Shown piece after piece: positions 30,601 through 40,251 of a DNA stretch of 64,000 nucleotides. The notes under the pieces were generated by a model. That model was not told where the DNA came from. It did not search any database and was given only the letters and a program-made list of their open reading frames with translations. The position numbers were made by a program, and so were the translations under genes. Origin of the DNA: an uncultured virus (IMG/VR IMGVR_UViG_3300019776_000649) (taxonomy: Duplodnaviria; Heunggongvirae; Uroviricota; Caudoviricetes). The stretch lies in the IMG/VR virus record IMGVR_UViG_3300019776_000649; one strand, given 5' to 3'. Position 1 is the first letter of the stretch. Every line of letters begins with the position of its first letter.

Positions 30601-31131
30601 TTAGTCAGTGATTCGATCCTGACGGTAAAGTGAAACGACGCCGCCTGCGCGTCTGAATCCGTCGCTCTGGTCAAACGAACAGGCCGGTCCCTCAAAAGAG
30701 AGGTTAGACCAGAGTGGAATGCCGTCAGGATTGTCTTCATCCACAACGTTTTTGCGGATGACCTTCCTAACTGCGGCGTGTAGGTTGCCAGCAAGGACCT
30801 TCTCGTCCTCCCCTAGCGAACCTTTTTCAACATAAACGTAGATCACGACAGCAACTTGAGCGGTGATGTCGCTCGGCACCTCACCCCCATCTCCGAGGAT
30901 CGTGAATGCCTCGTCATGGATAAACTCGGTGAGAATCAGCTTCGGGGAGTGCTCAGGAGCGCAGGAGCCGTTGTCATCCAGGAAGATTCGCTTTCGACCT
31001 TCCCATTCTTCGTCTTCATCGACCGGGGCAAGTTGCCATCCGAAATAATCTTGAAGTGTCGGATCAGCCTCAAGGATGTCACGCATCCGCTTTAGCATCT
31101 CCATTTGGGGTGAATCAATGGGCAGAGACAT
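30601..31131 (-). CDS. Probable tail terminator / tail completion protein
   Basis: Acidic 176 aa protein; synteny before the tail tube gene. Confidence 0.5.
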   Translation of the reverse strand: MSLPIDSPQMEMLKRMRDILEADPTLQDYFGWQLAPVDEDEEWEGRKRIFLDDNGSCAPEHSPKLILTEFIHDEAFTILGDGGEVPSDITAQVAVVIYVYVEKGSLGEDEKVLAGNLHAAVRKVIRKNVVDEDNPDGIPLWSNLSFEGPACSFDQSDGFRRAGGVVSLYRQDRITD

Positions 31132-31199
31132 GCGTTTGTCCTTGTTCTCCGGGAAGAGTAGCTTCGTTTGCTAATGAAGTGCCCGCTCTTCCTGAATCT

Positions 31200-32771
31200 T
31201 TACTCCCACCAATCGCGGAAGTGGCGAGCGCCTTCAAGACGGGCGTAAATGCCCTGCTCGACGTAGCCTTCCAGTGCTCTCATCGTAGGTTCAGACAGAA
31301 CCATGTAAGGCCGAGATGGCCGTCCCCGGCTGGAGTATTCCATCGCTGCGGCGTAGGGTATTCCCCCCGGTCCAGACCGAACGCCAAACTCAGCCATGAG
31401 CTTGCTCACACGCACAAGAGAGACACCTTTGTATTTGCCTTCGACGACGTTTGATGCCGCTCCACTGAGACCTCTCCAGGTTTGTGTGGAGTGGGCTTCC
31501 GTCATGGCTCCCTTGGAACGCTTCGTATAAGACATCCTCGCGTCGGCCAGCTTTTTCTTGGCTTTTGCAATAGTCTCGTCGTACTTCCTCATGTCAGAGG
31601 CATGTAGGTTCTTCTGAGTGTGATGAACGAAGTCTTCGCTGTGGATGGCCCCAGCTCTTGTTGCCTTGGCATGTGCTGAAAGTCCGCGTTCAACAGTTCC
31701 GCTCTTGACATACTGCTCCCGAGCTTGTCTCATTCGATCCAGTTCGCGCTTTCGCTTCGCAAGGTCTTCTGCTACCTGAGCTGCTTGCTCCCTGGCGTTT
31801 CTGACTACGCGCTCTTGCTTGCGTTTGTAGTCAGCCATGTGCTTATCCATGTTGGCCTGATGTGCCGAGAACTGCTCCTCGGTCATGTTTCCAGAATGCT
31901 GGCTCATGGCCTTCATGCTGAACTGCACTTGATCCCAGTGTCCGGCTACCTCACTGCCTGCCTTTGCGAAATCCTTGCGCTTAGCCAGATCAGCGTATCC
32001 AGCATTAGAAAGAAACTGCTGATGCGACTGCATCTTCTTGAACTCAGCTTCCTTCTTCTTTATGAGGTTGTCAGCTTGCGATAGGGGGTCTCTGCCCAAT
32101 CGAGTAAGCCTTCGCTCCTCGATCATCCTGGCTCGATCTTCTTTTCTCTTTTCTTCGCTTTTTCGCTTATTCTCCTCACGAATCTGCTCTCTACGAACAT
32201 CTTCCCACTTACGCTTGTGCTCCTGGGCTTCGGCTAGTGTCCTCTCCGCTGCCTGTACAGCATCCTGGTATTTAGCCATGTGCTTGGTAAAGGCTTTCTC
32301 GACCCAGTTGGCATCCTTTGTCGGTGTGCCTACGTCGGTGAGCGGTGGCCAAGGGTTGTTCTTGCGAACTTCACGTTCTCGGAGTGACTCCTTCTTAATA
32401 GGAGCCCAAATACCGCCAGGGTAGCCTCCACGCTCAAAGTTCTGCTTTACTTGCGCTCCAGCAACGCGGAGCCAAGCTCGTAGTTCTGGTCGCCAATCGC
32501 CAAGGGCAGACTTCTCGGGGTCTTCGTAAAGTTCTTTGGCGGCTCCAAATAGAGAGACTATGGAGCGAATATCTGCCTGGAACATGGGGCCAGGAGAGGC
32601 GAAATTCACCGACTTCCCTCCTGGTGCGCTCCGCGTTCCGACACCGTACTTCGGTACGAAGTTGACTCCTGCCATCTCGCTACCCCTTTGCGGAGCTACT
32701 GCGAAGGTTGGTACCTTCGCCAAGGCTCCGTTAATTGCTGTCGCATTGGTACTGAAGATAGAGGTTGACAT
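31200..32771 (-). CDS. Virion morphogenesis (tail completion/neck) protein with a large coiled-coil insertion
   Basis: NFERGG.PGG.WAP.K and YAA.MEY...RP.RPYM motifs separated by ~280 aa of charged helix. Confidence 0.6.
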   Translation of the reverse strand: MSTSIFSTNATAINGALAKVPTFAVAPQRGSEMAGVNFVPKYGVGTRSAPGGKSVNFASPGPMFQADIRSIVSLFGAAKELYEDPEKSALGDWRPELRAWLRVAGAQVKQNFERGGYPGGIWAPIKKESLREREVRKNNPWPPLTDVGTPTKDANWVEKAFTKHMAKYQDAVQAAERTLAEAQEHKRKWEDVRREQIREENKRKSEEKRKEDRARMIEERRLTRLGRDPLSQADNLIKKKEAEFKKMQSHQQFLSNAGYADLAKRKDFAKAGSEVAGHWDQVQFSMKAMSQHSGNMTEEQFSAHQANMDKHMADYKRKQERVVRNAREQAAQVAEDLAKRKRELDRMRQAREQYVKSGTVERGLSAHAKATRAGAIHSEDFVHHTQKNLHASDMRKYDETIAKAKKKLADARMSYTKRSKGAMTEAHSTQTWRGLSGAASNVVEGKYKGVSLVRVSKLMAEFGVRSGPGGIPYAAAMEYSSRGRPSRPYMVLSEPTMRALEGYVEQGIYARLEGARHFRDWWE

Positions 32772-33162
32772 CCGACACGTTCAAGGGCATCTCGCGCAGG
32801 ATGGTGTACTTGCCGCCATTAAAGCTGAACTTACGCCCGACCTTCATGAGGCCACGGATGTAGTCAGATCGGGTCTTGTCTGGGTCAGCAATCGTAATAG
32901 GATCGCCGTTGGCATCAACAGGATCGCCATCTTCGTTTCGCTTTGGCTCTGACGGTATCCCGACAAGCAAGTAGACAACCTCCCGGTTTGGGAGGTCTGT
33001 TACGTCTCTGCGGAATCGGAAAGCTGGTTGCTGGTCTGGCTCGATCATCAGAGCCTTCATCGTCACAGCGGTTTCGCCTTGGGACACTTTGTCTAGTGTG
33101 AGCGTAGAGCCGCGTTTCTGAAGGAGCCGGTAGACTCGGGCTTGTGTCTTTGTAGCGTTCAT
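32731..33162 (-). CDS. Probable head closure protein
   Basis: Size and synteny. Confidence 0.5.
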   Translation of the reverse strand: MNATKTQARVYRLLQKRGSTLTLDKVSQGETAVTMKALMIEPDQQPAFRFRRDVTDLPNREVVYLLVGIPSEPKRNEDGDPVDANGDPITIADPDKTRSDYIRGLMKVGRKFSFNGGKYTILREMPLNVSDVNLYLQYQCDSN

Positions 33163-33242
33163 ACCAGCTCCATGATGGAGCTACCAAGCTCCATTTGTTT
33201 TAGTCGTTTGATCGCCTATTGGATGGAAGCGATTAAATCAAA

Positions 33243-33812
33243 TCAAAACGCCTCAGACAGACCGTCACCATCGAAATCATCTCCGATGATGTTTTCCTGT
33301 CTTGAGGAGAACAGCATTGCCAGCGGCCCAGCCGCATTCGGATCAAGCGTGGCTTGGTGTCTCGCCTTACTCGCGATCACGATCTTGGGCATACCAGCGC
33401 CAGACTCTGCCGCTTCCCGGCGAGCATCCGAGATGAAGGAGATGCCAGAAATAGCCAACCGACACTCTTCCCGATAGAACTCAAGAAGCGTTCTGAGATC
33501 GGCTACTTGGTAAACCTCTTCAAGCTGAGCGATCTTGCTTTTCACAACGATCTCTTCACCCTCAGGACGGGGGCGAATGATCCATCTTGCAGCTACCAGA
33601 TAGCCACAGGCTTCGTCAAAGCAATCGCGGTCATCAGCCGAGAGACCAGTCAGCGTACTGCCACCCTCATCTCTGACCTGAGGGTATAAAAGAAGGAGGC
33701 GTCGTGCAGAAGACTTTGCGACCAGCGCCAGTTCTTCATCAGTCAGGTTTTCGTCTGTTTCGCGCAAGGCATCACGCGCCCAGGCATAGACGTTCGTGTA
33801 GTCAATTGGCAC
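33243..33812 (-). CDS. Probable head-tail connector/adaptor
   Basis: Size and synteny after the capsid gene. Confidence 0.5.
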   Translation of the reverse strand: MPIDYTNVYAWARDALRETDENLTDEELALVAKSSARRLLLLYPQVRDEGGSTLTGLSADDRDCFDEACGYLVAARWIIRPRPEGEEIVVKSKIAQLEEVYQVADLRTLLEFYREECRLAISGISFISDARREAAESGAGMPKIVIASKARHQATLDPNAAGPLAMLFSSRQENIIGDDFDGDGLSEAF

Positions 33813-33830
33813 GACTGCCTCCTCTTTTTG

Positions 33831-34241
33831 TTAGTCCACGAAGGTTGAAACCCGGACGAAACCGGTATCGCCCTTCACGAACAATCCGTCCTTCTTGCGA
33901 ACAGAGGCAAGAGGGAACTTCGTTTTCCAGCACTTGGCGCAGACCGCAGAAGTGTCGTCGCCGCAGGTAGAGCAAATATCGCTGTGGTCTACGCTGGCTT
34001 CATGATTGATTACGCTGGCCTCCTGGAAGGCTTCATCTTCCTCGTGTGTAATCGGTTCGGGCTCTTCGCTCGTAGACTTCTCTGCCTCAGGCCCTGAAGG
34101 CTTCTCTGCTTCAGGTTCAGGGCTCTTCTCGGGCTCTGGGGCACCATCTTTAGAGGTCTCGTCATTGGCGGCATGAGACGTGGTTTCCTCAACAGGAGGA
34201 AGAACGGGAGGTGCGCCAGCATCCTTTGGCTGTCGTGCCAT
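33831..34241 (-). CDS. Acidic small protein with CxxC..CxxC
   Basis: ORF following the capsid gene. Confidence 0.6.
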   Translation of the reverse strand: MARQPKDAGAPPVLPPVEETTSHAANDETSKDGAPEPEKSPEPEAEKPSGPEAEKSTSEEPEPITHEEDEAFQEASVINHEASVDHSDICSTCGDDTSAVCAKCWKTKFPLASVRKKDGLFVKGDTGFVRVSTFVD

Positions 34242-34261
34242 CTATTTGTCCTTTCAAGTAC

Positions 34262-34293
34262 AGGGCCAGTGGTGAAATATCACCACTGGCCCT
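34262..34293. terminator. 14-bp stem-loop after the capsid gene (terminator or mRNA stabiliser)
   Basis: AGGGCCAGTGGTGA/TCACCACTGGCCCT. Confidence 0.6.
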
Positions 34294-34300
34294 TTGTAAA

Positions 34301-35398
34301 CTAGGCGAAGTCAGACGGGGCGGTGTACGCACCAAGACCGGCGTCGATCTTGAACACAACACCGTTTCGGCGCTCGACAACGCCAAAGCCGATCAGACGC
34401 TGAACCGTGCGAGCCTTGAGCTTCGGATGAACGTCCGTGGGCTCAACAACGCGAAGGTCGCTTGACTCGATCACGTCACGACGTGCCATGAGGGGCTTGT
34501 CCAGCTCGGAGCCCTCGATGTAGGCAAACCCATATCCAGAGGGAATCCAGGGCTTTACCCAGAACTCAGGACCATCCTCAAGAACGCCGAGGAATCGGTC
34601 GTCGAGCATGATGTTGTCGTACATCGCGTTCATCTCAGGAGTGAGGTGCGCGGTGTTGACGCCAAGGACAATGCGAGGATCACGGGCCTTCTCAAAGCCA
34701 GTCAGCGCCAAAACAGCAGCAGTCTGAGCTTTGTTGACCAGAACGACAACCTTACCGGAGCCCTTCAGGTGCTCAGTCAGATTATCCTGGATGTCTTCAA
34801 TGTTGTCGTTGTCCAGGGCATCAATCACCATGTAGTGAGTGTGCGTCGAACCATCGAACGTGGCATTGTAGCGACCGACAGGAATCGGATCACCATCGGC
34901 GTTCAGGAGCCGCTTGACCGGAAGTGCCGAGTTGTTGATGTAGCGGTCGTTGTAGGTGTAGTTGTTATCACCAAAGATCGCTTTGCCCATGCGGTATTGA
35001 AGCCACGCGGAGTCAGCCGTCAGGACAGCATTGAGCTGGGTATTGAACTGCTGAACCGTGATGAGCTGCATCATGCGCTCAGTCCATTGGGTTCCAGTCC
35101 CACCCAGGCCGAGCGGAAGCCCGATCTCGTAGTGCTGGAAGGACACAGCATCAGCGTCAGGGCGACCGAACTCAAGCTCGATGTCCTGGAAGGTAATCGA
35201 GTCCGCAGCACCAAAGCGGTGGCGTTGCTCGTTGGTTTCGCCCTGAACTAGGGTCCCACGCATCATGGCCTCAAGCTCGTTGTGGGCATCGAGAACGACC
35301 TGGAACTCGTCCCACGCCTTGTCGATACCGTACTTGTAGATCGTATCGTTGCCGTAGTCCTTAATGTCCAGGATCGAAAGGGTTTTCTTAACTCCCAT
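34301..35398 (-). CDS. Major capsid protein
   Basis: 365 aa; follows protease/scaffold and decoration genes; strongly biased codon use. Confidence 0.75.
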   Translation of the reverse strand: MGVKKTLSILDIKDYGNDTIYKYGIDKAWDEFQVVLDAHNELEAMMRGTLVQGETNEQRHRFGAADSITFQDIELEFGRPDADAVSFQHYEIGLPLGLGGTGTQWTERMMQLITVQQFNTQLNAVLTADSAWLQYRMGKAIFGDNNYTYNDRYINNSALPVKRLLNADGDPIPVGRYNATFDGSTHTHYMVIDALDNDNIEDIQDNLTEHLKGSGKVVVLVNKAQTAAVLALTGFEKARDPRIVLGVNTAHLTPEMNAMYDNIMLDDRFLGVLEDGPEFWVKPWIPSGYGFAYIEGSELDKPLMARRDVIESSDLRVVEPTDVHPKLKARTVQRLIGFGVVERRNGVVFKIDAGLGAYTAPSDFA

Positions 35399-35480
35399 TT
35401 GTGATCTCCATTTCTGTCAGGGCCGATCATGAAGATCGGCCCAATTTTCGGCATAGCCACGGAGCTACGCTGTCGGCCTA

Positions 35481-36119
35481 CTACGGCTCGATAATCATGT
35501 ATCCAACTGTCGAGGTATCGGCGTTGTTGGAAGAAGTGATGGTAAAGGACGTACCGGCAGTTCGCGCAGAAACGCGGAGCCATCCGGGGCTTCCACCGTC
35601 AACATTGCTCGTCAGAAGGATGATCGAATTGGCGGTGATGCTCGTATCAGCGACTGCCTTGGTTCCAGCAACGAGAGTAGTAGTCCCTGTGCGAATCTTG
35701 CGGTTCGATGTCGCAGAGAACAAGCGAATCTTGTACCCGTCACCCAGGACGTAGCCAAGCGCAGACTGGCCAGCGTAGACAGGTGCATCCGCGAGACGCC
35801 CCTTCGTTGCGGACAGGTAGACGCTCTTGCCTTTGCCAGCAGTGCCGTCCGAGTAGCCGATGGTAATTGGCCCCTCAAAGACAGAGATGGTCTCCCCAGC
35901 AGCGAAGTCAGAAGCCGAGAAAAAGCGCACCGCGTCACTCTCCGCCAGCCCATTTACTGCCTGGGAGATGTAGACCTTGCCGTCGCTATTCTTGACATAC
36001 AGCGGATCACCCTTGGTCAGAGCTTCACCCGCGATCAGGCCGGTGCCAATTATGAGATGCGAAGGGAATCCAATGCTGATGAAGTTCCCGGAACCGCTCT
36101 TTCGTACAATCAGAGCCAT
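35481..36119 (-). CDS. Head decoration/cement protein
   Basis: AGEALTKGDPLY....G.VYLS...G.L pattern; lies between protease and capsid genes. Confidence 0.65.
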   Translation of the reverse strand: MALIVRKSGSGNFISIGFPSHLIIGTGLIAGEALTKGDPLYVKNSDGKVYISQAVNGLAESDAVRFFSASDFAAGETISVFEGPITIGYSDGTAGKGKSVYLSATKGRLADAPVYAGQSALGYVLGDGYKIRLFSATSNRKIRTGTTTLVAGTKAVADTSITANSIILLTSNVDGGSPGWLRVSARTAGTSFTITSSNNADTSTVGYMIIEP

Positions 36120-36197
36120 AGTGTTTCTCCTTTGGAATGCGAAGGTCTTCCCACTGCGTAGGAGGGATTGATCCTTCGGTAGGCTTCGGGAACTCCC

Positions 36198-36821
36198 TTA
36201 GCCAATTGCCCGAGTGCGCTTAAGCTCCTCGGCGACCTTCTTTACGCGCTCCAGGTCCTTGTTCTCAGCGGCATCTCGTCCTGCGGCCTCAAGATCGGAT
36301 TCGCCGTTGGTTGCAACGCGACCTTTGGCTTCTGGATCGTCAACATCGGGCTGGAACTTGGCATCACCAGCGGCCTTGAAAGGCTTGATCTTGTCCATGA
36401 TCTCGCTGAGGCTCTTGCCCTTCATCGTCGCTTTGGCATCTTCGATGGAAAGGGTGCCAGCGCCAAGTACACGGTTGGTATTGGTCGCCAGGGACTCAGC
36501 CGCTGCCTCACGAGCAGCAATGCCGTCCTGAATGAGCGTGATAATTTCGCCGTTTGCGATGTTATCCTCAAGTCCAGCTTCCTCGACAACCAAGTCGTAG
36601 TCCTGAGACTTGCCGATACACTCAATAACCGCTTCAGCAATCGCTTGCGGATCATCAGTTTCAATGCCAAGATCAGCCTTGAAAAGATCAAAAGCCGCAA
36701 CGATGCCTCCTGTCTTGTCGGTTGCTTCTTCATCCTTTGGCTTCAGAAAACCCAGCCCCTGTAAAGCAGTTCGGAGTTTTGCCTTGAACCCCTCGTCCTC
36801 GGCCTTGATGTCATCGAACAT
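36198..36821 (-). CDS. Nested in-frame scaffold protein (lambda Nu3-like)
   Basis: Internal ATG (MFDDIK) with AAGGAG RBS and a 20-bp palindrome just upstream. Confidence 0.65.
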   Translation of the reverse strand: MFDDIKAEDEGFKAKLRTALQGLGFLKPKDEEATDKTGGIVAAFDLFKADLGIETDDPQAIAEAVIECIGKSQDYDLVVEEAGLEDNIANGEIITLIQDGIAAREAAAESLATNTNRVLGAGTLSIEDAKATMKGKSLSEIMDKIKPFKAAGDAKFQPDVDDPEAKGRVATNGESDLEAAGRDAAENKDLERVKKVAEELKRTRAIG

Positions 36822-37760
36822 GTTGTGTTCTCCTTCGGCCTGTGCGGAGCTTGGTAGCTCCGCCTTGGTATCGGCCTTCTTAATGATCTTGGGGCGATCT
36901 TTGGCCGCTAGGCCGACCCCCTCTTGCATTCGCTTGATGACAGAATCAACCGGCGCGATCCCGTCGATCATGCCAAGTCTCTTAGCCTCTTCAGCACGGA
37001 AGACGCGACCGTCAGCAATACCCTCACCGATCTTCACGTCGATGCCTCGACCTCGCGCAACAGTAGCCGCGAACTCAGTGCCGATTTCCATGACCCGAGA
37101 CTTGACCTGCTCGATCTGAGCATCAGAGACGGGAGAGAAGTAGGCACCTATGCCCTTGAACTCGCCAGTGTCGATCTTATAGACCTTCACACCGGAGTTC
37201 TTGAGCAGACCAGACTGGTCAGCTACAGCGGTGATGACTCCGATAGAGCCAACCATCGCGTTCTGGCTGGACACGAAAATCTGGTCACATTGAGAAGCGA
37301 TCCAGTAGGCTCCGCTTGCCGCGAGCCCATCAACCCACGCCCAGACAACATTACCTTGCTCGCGCACCGCGTTGATCTTGTTAGCCAGCTCTGCGGTTCC
37401 ATCCACGTTCCCGCCTGGTGAGTCTATGGACAGAAGAACCTTTCGGAATCCGTCGTTCACGGCAGACTGAATGGCGAACTCCATTGCGCGGGTGGATACC
37501 CCGCCGTAGAGAAACGACATGCAGGTCGCGTTCTTGGTCATGCCGCCAACCATCGAAATGATGGCCACATCTCCACTGGTCGCGTAAGGCTTAAAGTCTG
37601 CTTCAGACGCCGTGAAAAGCGGTCCACCTCCGTCGAATACCTTCTCTGCTTCTTGACGAAGTTCAGAGATGGTTGACGACTTCATCTTCTCGATAACGAG
37701 GTCGAGCGTCTCTCCGAGGGCTACCGGCTCAGCAAGCCAGAATGGTGTGATTCCCCTCAT
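36198..37760 (-). CDS. S49 (SppA-like) prohead protease fused to scaffold
   Basis: IDSPGG, AASGAYWIAS, VGSIGV motifs; acidic C-terminal half. Confidence 0.9.
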   Translation of the reverse strand: MRGITPFWLAEPVALGETLDLVIEKMKSSTISELRQEAEKVFDGGGPLFTASEADFKPYATSGDVAIISMVGGMTKNATCMSFLYGGVSTRAMEFAIQSAVNDGFRKVLLSIDSPGGNVDGTAELANKINAVREQGNVVWAWVDGLAASGAYWIASQCDQIFVSSQNAMVGSIGVITAVADQSGLLKNSGVKVYKIDTGEFKGIGAYFSPVSDAQIEQVKSRVMEIGTEFAATVARGRGIDVKIGEGIADGRVFRAEEAKRLGMIDGIAPVDSVIKRMQEGVGLAAKDRPKIIKKADTKAELPSSAQAEGEHNMFDDIKAEDEGFKAKLRTALQGLGFLKPKDEEATDKTGGIVAAFDLFKADLGIETDDPQAIAEAVIECIGKSQDYDLVVEEAGLEDNIANGEIITLIQDGIAAREAAAESLATNTNRVLGAGTLSIEDAKATMKGKSLSEIMDKIKPFKAAGDAKFQPDVDDPEAKGRVATNGESDLEAAGRDAAENKDLERVKKVAEELKRTRAIG

Positions 37761-38068
37761 GTTTTTCCCTCCGTAGGATCGACGCCATCGGGTCGATCAC
37801 CACTTTCATCCTCTTCCTCAGGCTTCTTAGCCTCAACGGGTTCTGTGATGACAGCCTTCGGTTCATCGGGAGGAGTGGTAGTGTTTGGTCCTGTGTTCTT
37901 TTGAGTCTGCCATGCTGCGGCAAGAGCGCCGAATCCCGCACTGGCGATGTTGCTCATGGTGGTTGGCTCGCGGTTCATGCGGATGTCCTGCACACCGACA
38001 AAGCCGATAGATACAAGGGTGAGACCGCCCATGATGAGGATCATGAGACGCTGGTTTCTAGCTTCCAT
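37757..38068 (-). CDS. Small membrane protein (holin-like candidate)
   Basis: 1-2 TM segments plus a charged tail. Confidence 0.5.
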   Translation of the reverse strand: MEARNQRLMILIMGGLTLVSIGFVGVQDIRMNREPTTMSNIASAGFGALAAAWQTQKNTGPNTTTPPDEPKAVITEPVEAKKPEEEDESGDRPDGVDPTEGKT

Positions 38069-38099
38069 GTTGTCCCCCCTACCGGAGCCTCATGCCCCG

Positions 38100-38435
38100 T
38101 TACTTTGTTTTGAAGATGAATTTCTCAAGCAGAAAAACCAGAATGCCTGAACCAAAGAGAGAGGCGAGAATGATCTCGCGTTTGGCTTTCTTATGGTCGT
38201 CGCGCTCAGTTTCGAGTGTCTTAATGCGCGATTCCAAGGTGGTCAGATGCTCTTGCCGCACATGAGAGAGAAGCGCCTGCTCTGTACGCTGGACTCGATC
38301 CTCAATGCGATCCATCCGCCCAAAGGCGTTCTCGATCTTCAGACGTGCATCTGGCCAGTCCTTGGTGAGAAACTGTGTCATCTGCTCACTTAGCTTGTCT
38401 AGCGTTTGAAAAATGCGGTTCTCAGTCTCATTCAT
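38100..38435 (-). CDS. Coiled-coil protein with C-terminal TM
   Basis: Heptad-rich region then IILASLFGSGILVFLL. Confidence 0.6.
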   Translation of the reverse strand: MNETENRIFQTLDKLSEQMTQFLTKDWPDARLKIENAFGRMDRIEDRVQRTEQALLSHVRQEHLTTLESRIKTLETERDDHKKAKREIILASLFGSGILVFLLEKFIFKTK

Positions 38436-38556
38436 GGACGGGCTCCGAATTCATGAGGGGGCTCCGAGTGACTTCGCAGCTCGGGCTGGCATTTGATTTA
38501 ATCGCTCGGTTGCCCTTATGCTCGATTGCGAATAAATCAAATGTCCTCTGCTTGCT

Positions 38557-40221
38557 TTACACCTTCTTGTCCTTTTGCTGGTTCGGAGCCGTATCAGATG
38601 CCCCCTGCTTCTTCCCGCCGAACGATGGTCCAGAGCCAGCCGCATTAGGGTCAGCCTTTGGATTTGCCTTCAGTGGGTCCGGTGCGCTTGGTCCGTCTTG
38701 GCTTGCACCATCCTTGGCTAGTGGCGCGGGTCCGACAGCCGGTTTTCCGATTAGCATCCGAGACATGGCGTTCTGGGAGACAATGTTCTCGTCACGCAGG
38801 AACCGAGCGCAAAGCTGTTCAAGCTGGAGAGCTTGGGCAGTAGTGAGTCTGTCGTCAATCGGAATCGGATTGAAGGTGCAGTCCGGTTTGACTTTCTTGT
38901 CGTAGCCCTGAATCGTCAGACCAATCAAAATGAAGCGGTTGATGATCTCCAGAATTTTGCCCTGAATGAACTTCAGGTAGGCGTGATATGCCTCGATCTT
39001 CATTGCAGTGAATTTGTCGTTGCTTGTGGCCTCACCACCAAGCATCTCGCCAGGAGTCCTAAGTGAAGCATAGACCTCCTGCTTGAGTAACTTCTGAGTA
39101 TCGTTGATTGGAAAGGTAGCCTTACCGGAAGCCTCTCCGCTTATCTCAAGTAGGTCCAGGTGGGCAAGTAGAGCGTCGGGGTCAGCTTCCTCCTGATCCT
39201 TGTAAGATGCCGCCAGGAAGTCCACCATTGCCTGAGCCCAGGTCATAAAATCGTCGTCGTACTGAGACCTTACCTCTTCGGAGACCTGCTTCCACATCTC
39301 CTGAAGGACCTCTATCTTGACGACGCCATCCATGAATCCAAAGGCCGCACGGTGCAGGAAAATCTGGAGCTTGCCGAAGAATCCCATCCACATGGGGACC
39401 ATGTGCAGAGCCGTCAGCATCTCTGATTCCCCGTACTCTTGGCCGCTCAGCGGCTGGTAAGACACAAGGTTGGGATTGAGTTGCTTCCAGCCCAGCTCTA
39501 CATCCCAGCGCCTTTGCCCAATGAGCCAGAATCCAGGATTGTCTGGATCGCGACGAAGCTCCACGGTCAAAGGATCAAAGGCAAACATGCCGTCAATGTC
39601 ATCTAAAGCCGCGTTTGGAGTAAGTTCTGCCGCCATCGCACCATCGGTGAACCCGAAGTCTATCAGGGAGTCGATGAACGTGGACTGCCCTCCCATAGCG
39701 CCAGGAAAATCTGACACTACCTGCTGCCCCGCCTTCTCCAGCATCTCACGGGCTCGACGTGTAGCTTCAGGGTCTTCAACCGTAACGTCGCTGGAGCCGT
39801 CCTCGTTCACACTCTTGACCGAGACAACAATGCCAGTATTGGCCAGCCGACGAACAAGGTGCTTTGCCATCGCTACATCGGGAGAGATTTTGCTCATGAT
39901 CCGCAGGGCGCGGAGCAAATCTGCCTCGGTCCACTTCAAGTTCTCGAAAGAGTAGAGTGGAAGCTCGGGTCGTTTCAGTACCCCAGATAATCCCTCCCAG
40001 CCAGCAGAGCCACCATCCTTTCGCAACTTGCGATCATCCGCTGGCATGGTTTCGCGGCGAACCGTTCCGTCCTTCGGACGACCACGCTTGCCATTCGTGG
40101 ATGGCATCGTCTTGATACCGCCCTGTCCCTTTGCAGGAGGAGGAAGTGGCTTTAAGTTGACCCGTTTGTGATCCAGAGCGGCCCGAGACATCGAGTCTAC
40201 ACCCGCTTTGTTAAATTCCAT
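38557..40221 (-). CDS. Portal protein
   Basis: ~554 aa; directly after terminase and before protease. Confidence 0.75.
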   Translation of the reverse strand: MEFNKAGVDSMSRAALDHKRVNLKPLPPPAKGQGGIKTMPSTNGKRGRPKDGTVRRETMPADDRKLRKDGGSAGWEGLSGVLKRPELPLYSFENLKWTEADLLRALRIMSKISPDVAMAKHLVRRLANTGIVVSVKSVNEDGSSDVTVEDPEATRRAREMLEKAGQQVVSDFPGAMGGQSTFIDSLIDFGFTDGAMAAELTPNAALDDIDGMFAFDPLTVELRRDPDNPGFWLIGQRRWDVELGWKQLNPNLVSYQPLSGQEYGESEMLTALHMVPMWMGFFGKLQIFLHRAAFGFMDGVVKIEVLQEMWKQVSEEVRSQYDDDFMTWAQAMVDFLAASYKDQEEADPDALLAHLDLLEISGEASGKATFPINDTQKLLKQEVYASLRTPGEMLGGEATSNDKFTAMKIEAYHAYLKFIQGKILEIINRFILIGLTIQGYDKKVKPDCTFNPIPIDDRLTTAQALQLEQLCARFLRDENIVSQNAMSRMLIGKPAVGPAPLAKDGASQDGPSAPDPLKANPKADPNAAGSGPSFGGKKQGASDTAPNQQKDKKV

Positions 40222-40251
40222 TTTGATCTCCAGCGAAGCTACCAAACTCGC

